From Thermoplasmata archaeon (lineage in GTDB: Archaea > Thermoplasmatota > Thermoplasmata > Lutacidiplasmatales > UBA184): a stretch of DNA of 64,000 nt. The first letter of the stretch is position 1. Each line of letters starts with the position of its first letter. Below are positions 34,534-44,382 of this stretch, piece after piece. The notes below the pieces were generated by a model, which made no database searches, had not been told where the DNA came from, and worked only from the letters and a program-made list of their open reading frames with translations. The stretch lies in contig JAKIWV010000003.1 in NCBI GenBank assembly GCA_022749815.1, forward strand, positions 40,938 through 104,937, given 5' to 3'. The position numbers and the translations under genes were made by a program.

Positions 34534-36285
34534 ATGCCCGAGATCTCGGTCCGTACGGGAGGCGCCGCGGGGGACGGCATCGCCTCCGTGGGCGAGGTAC
34601 TCGGTAAATCCCTCTCGCGCCTGGGCCTCCACGTCTTCGGCCTGAACGCGTACCAGTCCGTGATCCGAGGGGGACACGTTTGGTTCCAGGCGCGGGCATC
34701 GTCCGACCCGATCCACTCCCAGGGCGACAACTGCGACGTGCTCCTCGCGCTCAACAAGGAGACGGCTCAGATCCACTTCGCGTCGATGAACGCGGGCAGC
34801 ACTGTCGTCTACGACCCCGAGAAATTCGACCTCGCCGACGGGGAGCTCCCCGTCGGGACCAAGAAGCTCGCCGTCCCTACGCTGGAGATCGCCCGGAAGT
34901 ACTCGAACCAGTCGATCCTCCAGAACGCCGCTGGCATGGGCGCCACGGCGTTCCTCGCCGGGATCCCGTTCCCCGTCCTGCAAAAAGCCCTCGCCGACTC
35001 CTTCGGCCGCAAGAAAGGCGACATCGCGGACTGGAACATCGGCGCGGCCGGCGCCGGCTACCAGTTCGCGGAAGCACATTCCGGCGCCAACGACCACGCC
35101 GTCAAGCCCGTCGGGGAGCCGAAGCTCCTCATGACCGGGAATCAAGCGATCGCATTGGGCGCCGCCGCCGCGGGATGCAAGTTCCTCGCGCAGTACCCCA
35201 TGACTCCGGCCTCGACGATCCTTCACTGGCTCGCCGCCCACTCGCACCAGCTCGGCATCGTGGTCAAACAGGCCGAAGACGAGATCGCGGTCGTCAACAT
35301 GGCGATCGGAGCCTCCTACGCCGGCGTGCGCTCGATGTGCGCCACGAGCGGGGGCGGGTTCGCCCTCATGGTCGAAGGCATCGGCATGGCGGGGATGACC
35401 GAAACCCCGCTCGTGGTCGTCGAGTCCCAGCGCAGCGGCCCTTCGACGGGGTTGCCCACGAAGACGGAGCAGGGGGACCTCAACATGATGCTCGGTGCCG
35501 GTCAGGGGGAGTTCCCCCGGGCCATTCTGGCGCCCTCCGATGCGGGGGAGGCGTTCCGAATGACCGTGAAGGCGTTCCAGCTCGCCGAGGATTGGCAGAC
35601 CCCGATCATCGTGGCGAGCGACTTCCACCTGTCCGAGAGCATCATGACGGTGGAACGGGACGAGCTTCCGTTCCCCGGTCCTATCCCCTCACTCTACCAG
35701 GTGCAGCCCAACGGCAGCGAGTACAAGCGGTATGCTTACACCGACTCCGGCGTTTCACCGCGCGCGTTGCCCGGGCAACCCGGCCTCCAGTTCAAGGCGG
35801 GGTCCGATGAGCACGACGAACGGGGGCGCCTGATCTCCGATGTGCTGTCGGGCATTCCGATCTGGGTCGCCGAACGTACGAAGATGATGGACAAGCGGAT
35901 GCGAAAGCTGGAGGGCCTCCGCGCCGCCGGGCCGGCGCCGGCGCTCGACGGCCCCGCCGACGCTCCCCTGACGTTCGTGGCGTGGGGGTCGACGATCGGA
36001 GCCGTGCGCGACGCGACGAACCTCCTTCGCGTCAAGGGCGTGTCCACGAATCTTCTCCGGATCCCTCAGGTGTACCCGCTCGCCACGTCGCAGCTCGTTC
36101 CGTTGCTCTCGCAGGCCCAGAAGACGCTGCTCGTCGAGGCGAACTTCTCCGGCCAGCTCGGTCACTTGATCCGCGCCGAGACCGGCATCGCGCTCCCGAA
36201 CCGATTCCTAAAGTACGACGGGGAACCGTTCACCCCGATGGAGATCGCCCAGAAGGCGCTGGAGGTGCTGAACAATGGCCACTAG
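34534..36285 (+). CDS. korA: 2-oxoacid:ferredoxin oxidoreductase alpha (gamma-alpha fused) subunit
   Basis: GGAAGDGI N-terminus, YPMTPAS motif. 583 aa. Confidence 0.85.
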   Translation: MPEISVRTGGAAGDGIASVGEVLGKSLSRLGLHVFGLNAYQSVIRGGHVWFQARASSDPIHSQGDNCDVLLALNKETAQIHFASMNAGSTVVYDPEKFDLADGELPVGTKKLAVPTLEIARKYSNQSILQNAAGMGATAFLAGIPFPVLQKALADSFGRKKGDIADWNIGAAGAGYQFAEAHSGANDHAVKPVGEPKLLMTGNQAIALGAAAAGCKFLAQYPMTPASTILHWLAAHSHQLGIVVKQAEDEIAVVNMAIGASYAGVRSMCATSGGGFALMVEGIGMAGMTETPLVVVESQRSGPSTGLPTKTEQGDLNMMLGAGQGEFPRAILAPSDAGEAFRMTVKAFQLAEDWQTPIIVASDFHLSESIMTVERDELPFPGPIPSLYQVQPNGSEYKRYAYTDSGVSPRALPGQPGLQFKAGSDEHDERGRLISDVLSGIPIWVAERTKMMDKRMRKLEGLRAAGPAPALDGPADAPLTFVAWGSTIGAVRDATNLLRVKGVSTNLLRIPQVYPLATSQLVPLLSQAQKTLLVEANFSGQLGHLIRAETGIALPNRFLKYDGEPFTPMEIAQKALEVLNNGH

Positions 36286-37168
36286 CGCGGCACCCGCCTC
36301 CGGAACGACACCCCTTCCGGTCCTCGTCGGGAAGTCGGAGATCAAGCCCACCTGGTGCCCCGGCTGTGGCGACTTCGGCGTGATCGCCGCCATCGAAATG
36401 GCGCTCAAGCGGCTCAAGATCCCTCCGTACAACATCGTGCTGGTTTCCGGCATCGGCTGCTCGTCGAACCTCCCTCACTTCCTGAACACGTACGGGTTTC
36501 ACGGGATCCACGGTCGCTCCCTGCCGGTCGCCGAAGGGATCCGCTGGGCGAACCACGAGCTGAACGTCATCGTCACGGGGGGAGACGGGGACGGGTTCGG
36601 CATCGGCGCGGGCCACTTTGTCCACGCGATGCGCCGGAACGTCAAGCTCACCTACGTGACGATGGACAACGAGGTCTACGGTCTCACCACCGGTCAGGCC
36701 TCCCCCACGACGATGATGGGCGCGAAAACCAAGTCGACCCCGAGCGGCGTCATCGAGCACCCGCTCAATCCGATCGCGCTCGCCATCGCCAGCGGCGCGA
36801 CGTACGTGGCCCGGGGCTTCTCCGGCGACGTGAAGCAAATGGCCGACCTGATCGCCGGCGCGATCCAGCACCAGGGCTTCGCGTTCGTGGACGCGTTCTC
36901 TCCGTGCGTGACGTACAACAAGCTCAACACGTTCGACTGGTTCCGGCAGCGGGTCTACAAGCTCGACAGCGCCGGCCACGACCCGACGGACATCAACCAG
37001 GCGTTCGCGCGGGCGCAGGAGTGGGGCGACAAACTGCCCACGGGCCTGTTCTACAAGACCGACCGGCCGACGTACGAAGATCTCGAGGAAGTGCTCCAGG
37101 CCGGGCCGGCCGTCAAGCAACCGGCCGGGCTCGTCGGCAAGGAATCGATCCTCGACGAATTCCTGTAG
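36275..37168 (+). CDS. korB: 2-oxoacid:ferredoxin oxidoreductase beta (TPP-binding) subunit
   Basis: WCPGCGDFG and GGDGDGFGIG motifs. 11-nt overlap with korA. Confidence 0.85.
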   Translation: MATSAAPASGTTPLPVLVGKSEIKPTWCPGCGDFGVIAAIEMALKRLKIPPYNIVLVSGIGCSSNLPHFLNTYGFHGIHGRSLPVAEGIRWANHELNVIVTGGDGDGFGIGAGHFVHAMRRNVKLTYVTMDNEVYGLTTGQASPTTMMGAKTKSTPSGVIEHPLNPIALAIASGATYVARGFSGDVKQMADLIAGAIQHQGFAFVDAFSPCVTYNKLNTFDWFRQRVYKLDSAGHDPTDINQAFARAQEWGDKLPTGLFYKTDRPTYEDLEEVLQAGPAVKQPAGLVGKESILDEFL

Positions 37169-37183
37169 AGCGGTCGCCCTCGT

Positions 37184-39226
37184 TCATCCGCGCACCTGGA
37201 AGACGTAGGCGTCTCCGCTCTCGAACAGCAGCGGGAACGCGGTCCCGTCGGCGAGCAAGGGCGTCGGCGAGAACGGCGCCCAGAGGTCGGTGGTGTTGCC
37301 CGTGACGGCGATGTATTGGATCGTCAACGAGGCCAGGTCGGAGACGCCGGAGGCGGTGAGGTATCCGCCGACGAGCTCCCGGACCAGGTCGACATAGCTC
37401 GCGTTCAGCGCAATGGGCTGTACGGGATACACCAGGGCCACATTGGCGTAGCCCGGGAGGAACTGGGCGGCGCTGCCGGGTGCGACCAATACCCGGGCGC
37501 CGGCGGGCAATCCGTGACCGGCCCACGTGAAGAGGGCGAAGTCCCCGGCGGTGACGCGTCCGTAGCTTCCGTACAATTCCTGCAGATAGGACGGAAAATC
37601 CGTCCCGGTCACGACGACCCCGGGGACCAGGAGAAGGACGGTGAGGGCGATACCCATCGCGCGCGTTCCCACGAGCGGAGAGGTTCCACGGTGGGCCGAT
37701 CCCGCGGGGCTCGGGGCCTCCACGGCAGGCGGGGAGGCCAAGCCTTCGTTTCTGGCCCGGACGGAAGCCATGAGGAGATAGAGCGGAAGCGCAGCGAGGA
37801 CGGTGTAGATGGCGAAGAGATAGACGGAGATCTCCGGCGCGCTGCTGATCAGCGCGAGCTCGTTGAACCCCCGGACGCCCTGCGCCGACCCCACCTGGAC
37901 GAACAGGACCGCGATCGCGAGGGCGATCGTCGCGCCGACCAGCTGCCGGAAAGGCGGCCCGCTGGGCCCGAGCCGGCGGAAGAGGCCCGGAAGAACCAGC
38001 ACCGCTGCCCCGACGACGAGCAGACCCGCCAGCTCGAGTCGCAGCGCCGGGAACGGGGAGAGCCACAGGTCGTGCGTCCGGAAGAGAAAGGGGTCGATCG
38101 AGCCCACCAGGTTCGCTGGGGAGATGCCGGGCGTTCCCGGGGGGGTGGGCACGGCCACGCTCCCCGACGCGGAGAAGAGCGCCCCGCCGCCGCGTAGGAT
38201 GGTCCATAGCGCCGGGGAAACGAACAGGAGGGCGGCCGCGAGCGCACCCGCCCATCGTGGCACCGCCGACCGGAGGTACCTCCAGCGCCAGCCGCCGGCG
38301 AGCAGTCCGAGCACGACGAGCGTGGGAAACAGCCATTCCGCCCCGACCGGATTCAGCGCCGCCGAGTACCCGAGGAGGGCGCCGTAGGCCATCGCGGTGG
38401 GCCAGGAGGGGGGCGCAGGGCCCCGCCACACTTCGGACCGCGCGAGGAGCCAGAGGACGAGGGGGAACGAGAAAACAAAATCGTTACTCGTTGCGACCAT
38501 TACGCGCGTCCAGGAGCCGATCAGAGCGAACGTCAGGCCGATCAGGGCGCCCGCCCAGGGCGAACCGAGCTGCCGCCGTCCCAGGACGTAACCCGCGAGG
38601 GGAGACAGACTGAGGAAGAGCGGCGTGACCAGCAGGGGGGTCCGCGCCGGGGGCAACGAGAAGGTCAGCTGGGCGGCGGCCAGCCACACCGTCGCGCCCT
38701 GGGGGTAAGAAGTGAGCTGGGGAGCGATCGGGACGAGGGAGACCGGAATCTGATGGTGCAGGAGGAGGAGCGCCACGTAATCGGTGAGAATGCTCGTGTC
38801 GAAGCTGTTTCCAGTCGGGATCCCCTCCGCGACGAACACCTCGACACCGAAGACGGCGGCGGTAGCGGCGGCCACGAGCAGTCCGGGTACCAGGCCGATC
38901 CCCGATCGGAACCCCCGCAGCAGCCATCGGGTGGACGCTCCCCGGCCTCGGACGAGAAGTACGAGCAGGACCGCTAGGGCTCCAGCCAGGTAGGCTCCGA
39001 CCATGGGGAGACTGAAGCGCCCGAGCGGCACGGCGGCGAGCACGTAGAGCCCTCCCCCTCCGAGATACAGGTCCACTAGTACGCGCTCGACCCACCCGAG
39101 GTCGCGAAACAGGGGTACCCAACGACCGGCGAGTCGTCGAAGCAGTTCACCCGCGGGAAGGAACGCCCCCGCGAATACCAGGAGCTCGAGGGCCCACGTG
39201 AGGCCGGATGGTCCGGGCAGACTCAA
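37184..39226 (-). CDS. Large polytopic membrane protein with C-terminal soluble domain (possible GT-C-like glycosyltransferase)
   Basis: About 14 TM helices plus an extracytoplasmic domain of about 150 aa. Divergent from the flippase gene. No WWDYG motif seen. Confidence 0.5.
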   Translation of the reverse strand: MSLPGPSGLTWALELLVFAGAFLPAGELLRRLAGRWVPLFRDLGWVERVLVDLYLGGGGLYVLAAVPLGRFSLPMVGAYLAGALAVLLVLLVRGRGASTRWLLRGFRSGIGLVPGLLVAAATAAVFGVEVFVAEGIPTGNSFDTSILTDYVALLLLHHQIPVSLVPIAPQLTSYPQGATVWLAAAQLTFSLPPARTPLLVTPLFLSLSPLAGYVLGRRQLGSPWAGALIGLTFALIGSWTRVMVATSNDFVFSFPLVLWLLARSEVWRGPAPPSWPTAMAYGALLGYSAALNPVGAEWLFPTLVVLGLLAGGWRWRYLRSAVPRWAGALAAALLFVSPALWTILRGGGALFSASGSVAVPTPPGTPGISPANLVGSIDPFLFRTHDLWLSPFPALRLELAGLLVVGAAVLVLPGLFRRLGPSGPPFRQLVGATIALAIAVLFVQVGSAQGVRGFNELALISSAPEISVYLFAIYTVLAALPLYLLMASVRARNEGLASPPAVEAPSPAGSAHRGTSPLVGTRAMGIALTVLLLVPGVVVTGTDFPSYLQELYGSYGRVTAGDFALFTWAGHGLPAGARVLVAPGSAAQFLPGYANVALVYPVQPIALNASYVDLVRELVGGYLTASGVSDLASLTIQYIAVTGNTTDLWAPFSPTPLLADGTAFPLLFESGDAYVFQVRG

Positions 39227-39323
39227 CGGCCGGCGGAGAGTGACCGGAGGATAACTACTGCCCGGTCGCCCTACCGACGGTACGTATTAACGGTCGGGAC
39301 CCCACGAGGAATCGGTCTCCACA

Positions 39324-40889
39324 GTGCCCGAGAGCTCCGACAAGGCCCGCGACGGGCTGACCTCCGTCACACGGGGCACGCTGGTGATGGTCCTCGGCAC
39401 CTTGGGCTCCATCGGTTTCTCCTTCGTCTCGCGGGTGATTCTCATTCGCAAGCTCACGATCCCGTCGTGGGGTACGTTCTCTTTGGGCCTGACGATCGTC
39501 GGACTGCTCTCCGCCGTGGCCACTCTGGGCTTGCCTCAGGCGGTCGCCCGGAACCTCGCGTTCGTATCGGCCGCCGGAGACCGACGCGCCATCATTCGGA
39601 GCGCGTTCCGGTATCTCTTGCCGGTGACGGGGGTGGTCAGCGTCGGACTCTTCCTCCTCGCGCTGTACATTGGACCGGCCTACCACGATCCTCAGCTCGC
39701 GCTCACCCTCGAGTTCTTCGCGGGGATCGTGGCGCTGGGAGTTCCCGCGACGCTCATCGCCGCGATTTTTCAGGGGTTCGAAGACGCTCTCCCCAATGCG
39801 GTCTTTGTTCAGGTGCTCAATCCCGCGCTGTTCATCGTCTTCCTGCTCTCCATTGTGCGTGTCCTTTCGTTGAGCCAACAGTTCGTCGGCGCCCTCGGCG
39901 CCTACTTGGCCGCCGATATCGCGGTCGTCGGGTTGCTGCTTCTCTACTTCCGCCACCGGATTCCCCGACTGCTTCCGCCCGGCCCGTCGAATCCTGACTA
40001 CGGTCGTCGTCTGCTCGTGTTCGCCCTTCCGCTGCTGGTCGTTGGCGCCCTCACCAGCGTGAGCGGCTCGGCGGACACGCTGATCCTGGGGATCGTCCAC
40101 CGAGTAGACGTCGGGTATTACACGGCCACGCTCTCACTCGCCCGGCTGCTCGGCATCGGCCTGAGTTCGGTCGGGTACATCTTCCTCCCCGTGGCGGCGC
40201 GCTATCTGGGGAATCGAGACTCCTCATCGCTGAGCCTGACGTACGCGACCGCGACGAAGTGGACCCTCGTCGTGGCGCTCCCGCTCTTTATCGTCTTTTT
40301 CTTCCTGCCGGGGAACTCGCTCGGATTTGTGTACACGGCGGCGTACTCCACCACGGTCCTTCCGCTGCGGATCGTCGTCGTCGGGGCGTTCGTCGCCTCC
40401 CTGTTCGGTCCGGCAAGCGCGGCCCAGATCGCCTTCGGCCGGACGCAGATGGTCCTACTGAACACCGTTATCGCGGCCGGGGCCGACGTCGTGCTGAGCT
40501 TCGCCTTGATTCCCGCCTATGGTGCGACCGGCGCGGCGGTCGCCTGGTCGGTCTCCGCGGTCGTGTTCCCGATGCTCTCCACCATCGAGCTGGGTCTGCT
40601 CGAAGGACTCCATCCCTTCGAGCGTCACTACCTCCTGCCGCTGGTCGTGACCGCTGTTCCGGTGGGGCTCCTGTTCGCCCTCGTTCGCTTCGACCCGCCC
40701 TCCTGGGAGCTCCCCGTGATCGCGATCTCGATCGCCGTGCTGTTCGTCGTCGTCGTGCTCGTGAGCCGAAGTGTCGACCGGGGCGATCGGCTGCTGCTCG
40801 AGGCCGTCGAGCAGTTCCTCGGCCGCCGCCTTCCCCTGGTCCGACGAGTGGCGCACTGGCTCGCGGGGTCCGCCGTTACTTCCATCTGA
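39324..40889 (+). CDS. Polysaccharide/oligosaccharide flippase (MOP/Wzx superfamily)
   Basis: About 14 TM helices. N-terminus GTLVMVLGTLGSIGFSFVSRVILIR is typical of Wzx/RfbX. Confidence 0.7.
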   Translation: MPESSDKARDGLTSVTRGTLVMVLGTLGSIGFSFVSRVILIRKLTIPSWGTFSLGLTIVGLLSAVATLGLPQAVARNLAFVSAAGDRRAIIRSAFRYLLPVTGVVSVGLFLLALYIGPAYHDPQLALTLEFFAGIVALGVPATLIAAIFQGFEDALPNAVFVQVLNPALFIVFLLSIVRVLSLSQQFVGALGAYLAADIAVVGLLLLYFRHRIPRLLPPGPSNPDYGRRLLVFALPLLVVGALTSVSGSADTLILGIVHRVDVGYYTATLSLARLLGIGLSSVGYIFLPVAARYLGNRDSSSLSLTYATATKWTLVVALPLFIVFFFLPGNSLGFVYTAAYSTTVLPLRIVVVGAFVASLFGPASAAQIAFGRTQMVLLNTVIAAGADVVLSFALIPAYGATGAAVAWSVSAVVFPMLSTIELGLLEGLHPFERHYLLPLVVTAVPVGLLFALVRFDPPSWELPVIAISIAVLFVVVVLVSRSVDRGDRLLLEAVEQFLGRRLPLVRRVAHWLAGSAVTSI

Positions 40890-41156
40890 GGGCGCCGGTT
40901 CGGTCGACCCAGCGCGTCGCTCCTCCCGCATGTGGTCGATGAGCAGGAGGACCACCCCGCCGGCGAGCAAGAAGAAGACATACACGGCGAGGGTGTTCGC
41001 CACCGCCGTTGCGCCCCCGGCGTCCACCACCGCGGCCGCGACCAGGAGGAGGAGGGCGCCCGCGATTGGGTACCGGGAATCGAGCCGGGCCCAGACCGAG
41101 TACAGCATGTACGCCCCGAGGAGCCCGAGGAACAGTTCTTCGTACGGCAGGGTCAC
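40455..41156 (-). CDS. Small membrane protein with long charged tail read antisense to the flippase 3' end
   Basis: Three hydrophobic helices encoded in the 40890-41156 gap. The ORF has no stop until 40455. Start GTG 41156 chosen downstream of a TATA-like box. Confidence 0.35.
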   Translation of the reverse strand: MTLPYEELFLGLLGAYMLYSVWARLDSRYPIAGALLLLVAAAVVDAGGATAVANTLAVYVFFLLAGGVVLLLIDHMREERRAGSTEPAPSDGSNGGPREPVRHSSDQGKAAAEELLDGLEQQPIAPVDTSAHEHDDDEQHGDRDRDHGELPGGRVEANEGEQEPHRNSGHDQRQEVVTLEGMESFEQTQLDGGEHREHDRGDRPGDRRAGRTIGGNQGEAQHDVGPGRDNGVQ

Positions 41157-41324
41157 AGTTCTTCCCCATCGCGGCCGCGGATAGAAAGGGGCGCCACGAG
41201 GCGGGGCGGCGTGCGTCCGGTCGCAATATAACACGCAGAGGGCTCTGCAATCGCTGCGTACTCGATAGGGTTAATATGCCTCCACCGTGCTAGACAATCC
41301 GACCTTTCCCTGGTCGTTACGTGC

Positions 41325-41957
41325 ATGAAGTCTCCACCGTGGGCACGCCGTCTGATCCCTACGGCCCTCGGGGCCGCGATGCTGGCGGTCATCGTCGTGG
41401 CGGCCCTCACTCCGAACATCGGAGTCGGCGCGGCGCAGCCGCCTTGCCAGTACAATTGCACGAACCCCCAAAACAATACTCTCGAGTACGCCCTGATCGG
41501 CGTTCTCGTCGCCGGCATCGTGGCGGCACTTCTCGCCCTTCTGATCTTCCAGCGACGCAAGCGGCGGGGCCCCGGCGGCGGTGCCGGCGCCGTGGCGGCG
41601 TGGGAGGAGCCCTCGGGTGGCTCTTCGGGCCCCGGCGGGACGATGGACAGTTCCACCACCGGCGACTATAGTACCTCGCCCCCGGGCGGCGCTACCACCT
41701 ATGGGGCGGCCGGGGTGGCGGCGGGGGCGACCGCCTATGATGAGGCGCCTGCGCCGGCAGAACCCGGTCCCGACTGGGCCGAGGCGGCCGCACCCCCGAC
41801 CATAGGGAGTTCGGCGGTGATCGACGAGGCGGAGCCCGACATCGACCGGCTCATGAAGGAGCTCGACCAGATCAGCGACGACATCCTAAAGAAAACCCCG
41901 CTCAAGAAGGCCCCCCCTCCTGAGCCCGGCGGCGACGACGCCCCGTCTGAGACGTAG
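41325..41957 (+). CDS. Membrane protein with Gly/Ala/Pro-rich disordered cytoplasmic tail
   Basis: Signal/TM, short CxxxC segment, second TM, RRKRR stop-transfer, low-complexity tail. Confidence 0.5.
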   Translation: MKSPPWARRLIPTALGAAMLAVIVVAALTPNIGVGAAQPPCQYNCTNPQNNTLEYALIGVLVAGIVAALLALLIFQRRKRRGPGGGAGAVAAWEEPSGGSSGPGGTMDSSTTGDYSTSPPGGATTYGAAGVAAGATAYDEAPAPAEPGPDWAEAAAPPTIGSSAVIDEAEPDIDRLMKELDQISDDILKKTPLKKAPPPEPGGDDAPSET

Positions 41958-42021
41958 GGCATAGGCCTGTCCGAGCCCCTCCCGAAGTACTTCCGACTAG
42001 TGGCATCCCCTTCGGGATGAG

Positions 42022-42027
42022 TTAAAG
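42022..42027 (+). promoter_or_regulatory. TATA-like box about 29 nt upstream of ORF 42053
   Basis: TTAAAG. Spacing fits a leaderless transcript. Confidence 0.3.
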
Positions 42028-42052
42028 AAGGGCCGTATCCCTCTACGCACCG

Positions 42053-42307
42053 ATGTCCGCCGCTGCCGAGTCACTGGAGGAGAACCGCCTGCTGGGCGAG
42101 CTCCGGTCCGCCGTGGCGGGCGCGCCGCACCCCGTGAAGGAGATCGAGGTGGGGATCGCGCTCTCGATCGCGCTCGGCCGGATCCGACCCGCCGTAGCGT
42201 GCGGGGGCTGCCAGGACCCGTTGGCCTTCGAGGGGATCCCGGCCCGAACGAACACCGGGCTCCATGTGCCGTTTCGGCTAGTCTATACCGAGGGGTCTTC
42301 ATCCTGA
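42053..42307 (+). CDS. Hypothetical small protein
   Basis: 84-aa ORF with a TTAAAG box about 29 nt upstream (leaderless geometry). Confidence 0.3.
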   Translation: MSAAAESLEENRLLGELRSAVAGAPHPVKEIEVGIALSIALGRIRPAVACGGCQDPLAFEGIPARTNTGLHVPFRLVYTEGSSS

Positions 42308-42341
42308 GGCGGCATCGCCGCCCCGACGCGAGGTCCGGGCC

Positions 42342-42998
42342 GTGAGTGCGATCCCGATCATCGAAACCGTGGTCTCGCTGATCACGCGCATCCTGCGCGA
42401 GCTGGGCTACCCCGGTGTGTTCGCATTGATGACGGTCGAGAGCTTCGGCATCCCGCCGATCCCGAGCGAAGTCATCCTGCCGTTCACCGGTTTCCTGGTG
42501 GCGATGGGCGTGCTGAGCTTCGGAGGCGCGCTGGCCGCCTCCATGGCGGGCAGCCTGGTCGGCTCCTTCATGGCCTATGCCGTCGGCCGATGGGGCCGTG
42601 ACTGGCTCACGACCCGGGCGCCCGCTCGCCTTCGCCTCGACCCACGACACCTGGCGCTGATGGACCAGTGGTTCGAGCGCCGGGGGGAGGCGATCGTTGG
42701 CATCGCCCGCTTGCTTCCGATCGTCCGGAGCTACATCAGCTATCCGGCGGGCACCGCGAAGATGAGTCCGACGAAGTTCGGTCTCTACACTTTCCTCGGG
42801 GCGCTTCCGTTCGTCGCGGTCCTCATCTACGCCGGGATCCTCCTGGGGAACCACTGGGACGCCCTCGTGCCATACTTCAATTACGCCAACTACGCGGCGG
42901 TCGTCGCGATCGCCGTCTTCCTCGTGTGGGTCTTCCTTCGATGGCACCGAGATTCCGTTGCCGGAACCCCGCCCCCGGCGGCCGGACCATCGTCCTAG
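42342..42998 (+). CDS. DedA-family membrane protein
   Basis: VESFGIPPIPSEVILPFTGFLVA...RLLPIVRSYISYPAG. Confidence 0.8.
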   Translation: MSAIPIIETVVSLITRILRELGYPGVFALMTVESFGIPPIPSEVILPFTGFLVAMGVLSFGGALAASMAGSLVGSFMAYAVGRWGRDWLTTRAPARLRLDPRHLALMDQWFERRGEAIVGIARLLPIVRSYISYPAGTAKMSPTKFGLYTFLGALPFVAVLIYAGILLGNHWDALVPYFNYANYAAVVAIAVFLVWVFLRWHRDSVAGTPPPAAGPSS

Positions 42999-44344
42999 GC
43001 CGGCCCCGGAGAAGCGCCCGGGGCAAACTCCGGCCGGAGTACTTTCCCGGCGGGGACCCCAACGTACTCTCCGTCTGTGACGATCAGTCGACCATCGAGG
43101 TAGTGCTCCCGCGGGAAGATCGCCGGCCATCCCTCGAACGCCGTCCAACCGCAGGGCGCGTGAAGGGTTCGCGCCCGGACCTCGGTCCGCTGGCGGAAGT
43201 CCACGACGAGGAGGTTCGCCCGATGTCCGACGGCGAGCCGACCCTGGGGGAGTCCCAGCAGACGGGCCGGTCGGTCGGCGATCGCCCGGAGGAGCACCGG
43301 CAAATCGAGCTCCGCGTCGCGAACGCGCGCGAGGAGGAGGGGCAGCATCGTCTCAACGCCCGGCATGCCGCTCGGCGCTTCGAGGAACGGCTTTGCTTTG
43401 AGCTCGGCCGAATGGGGGGCGTGATCACTCGCCACGATTGGCACGAGTCCCCGACGGAACATCTCCCACAGCTCGGTGGAGGCGGGCGGGGAGCGCAACG
43501 GGGGGTTGACCTTCCATCGAGCATCGGCGCCCCGGCCGGCCGAAAAGAAGAGGTGCTGAGGCGTCACCTCGAAGCTCTCCCCTTCCTTCGTCAGCTGGCT
43601 GGCCAGCGCGGGCAAAGTCACATGCGCCACGTGGAGTCGCAGTCCGTCCGGGAGCGGGTGGAGTTGCTTGACGGCCTGCATTTCCGCTTCCGGCGGGCGC
43701 CGGGCGTTCCACCCCTCGGTCGCCTCGAGTTCGGTGTGCTCCCGGAACCGTCGAGGATCCTCGGCGTGAACGGCGACCGGCAACCGGGTGGCGGCCGCCG
43801 CCACGAGCAGTGACGCCACCACGTCCACCGGCGGCGGTTCGATCTCGGGCGTGGGACTCAGGTAGAGCTTGAAGCCCGCCGCGTGGCGCGAAAGAGCCGC
43901 GACGCGTCCGGGAACCGTGATCGCAGCATACAGCAACACGTCCACGGCGAGACGTCCGCGGGCTCGCTCGGCCTTGCCCGTCAACCGATCCACGCTCGTC
44001 ACGGCGGGGTGGGTGTTGGGCATGTCGACCGCCGCACCGACCCCTCCCAGGGCGGCCTGACGGGTGCCGGTCTCGAAAGATTCGACCGCGTCGGGAGGGC
44101 CCGGGTCCCGGAAGTGGGCGTGGCAGTCGACGGCGGACGGCATCAGGACCGCGTCGCCGACATCGTGTCGATCTCCGCCGTGCAGGGCCTTCCCGATCGC
44201 CAAGATCCGACCGTCCTCCCCGATCCCGACCTCGACCGGTTGCAGCCGGCCACCGAACCACGCGCGGCCGGCGAGAACCAGGTCGATCGAGGGCGGGCGG
44301 GGGGTGGCCTCGCCCTCGCCCGAGCGCTTACGACGGCGGGGCAT
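42995..44344 (-). CDS. pyrC: Dihydroorotase (amidohydrolase superfamily)
   Basis: DCHAHFRDPG, VAVHAED, VASDHAPH motifs. ATG 44344 inside ORF 42995..44458. Confidence 0.75.
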   Translation of the reverse strand: MPRRRKRSGEGEATPRPPSIDLVLAGRAWFGGRLQPVEVGIGEDGRILAIGKALHGGDRHDVGDAVLMPSAVDCHAHFRDPGPPDAVESFETGTRQAALGGVGAAVDMPNTHPAVTSVDRLTGKAERARGRLAVDVLLYAAITVPGRVAALSRHAAGFKLYLSPTPEIEPPPVDVVASLLVAAAATRLPVAVHAEDPRRFREHTELEATEGWNARRPPEAEMQAVKQLHPLPDGLRLHVAHVTLPALASQLTKEGESFEVTPQHLFFSAGRGADARWKVNPPLRSPPASTELWEMFRRGLVPIVASDHAPHSAELKAKPFLEAPSGMPGVETMLPLLLARVRDAELDLPVLLRAIADRPARLLGLPQGRLAVGHRANLLVVDFRQRTEVRARTLHAPCGWTAFEGWPAIFPREHYLDGRLIVTDGEYVGVPAGKVLRPEFAPGASPGPA

Positions 44345-44382
44345 CACGCGCGTCACGCGCGGTCGCTGTGTAAAGCATTGCC

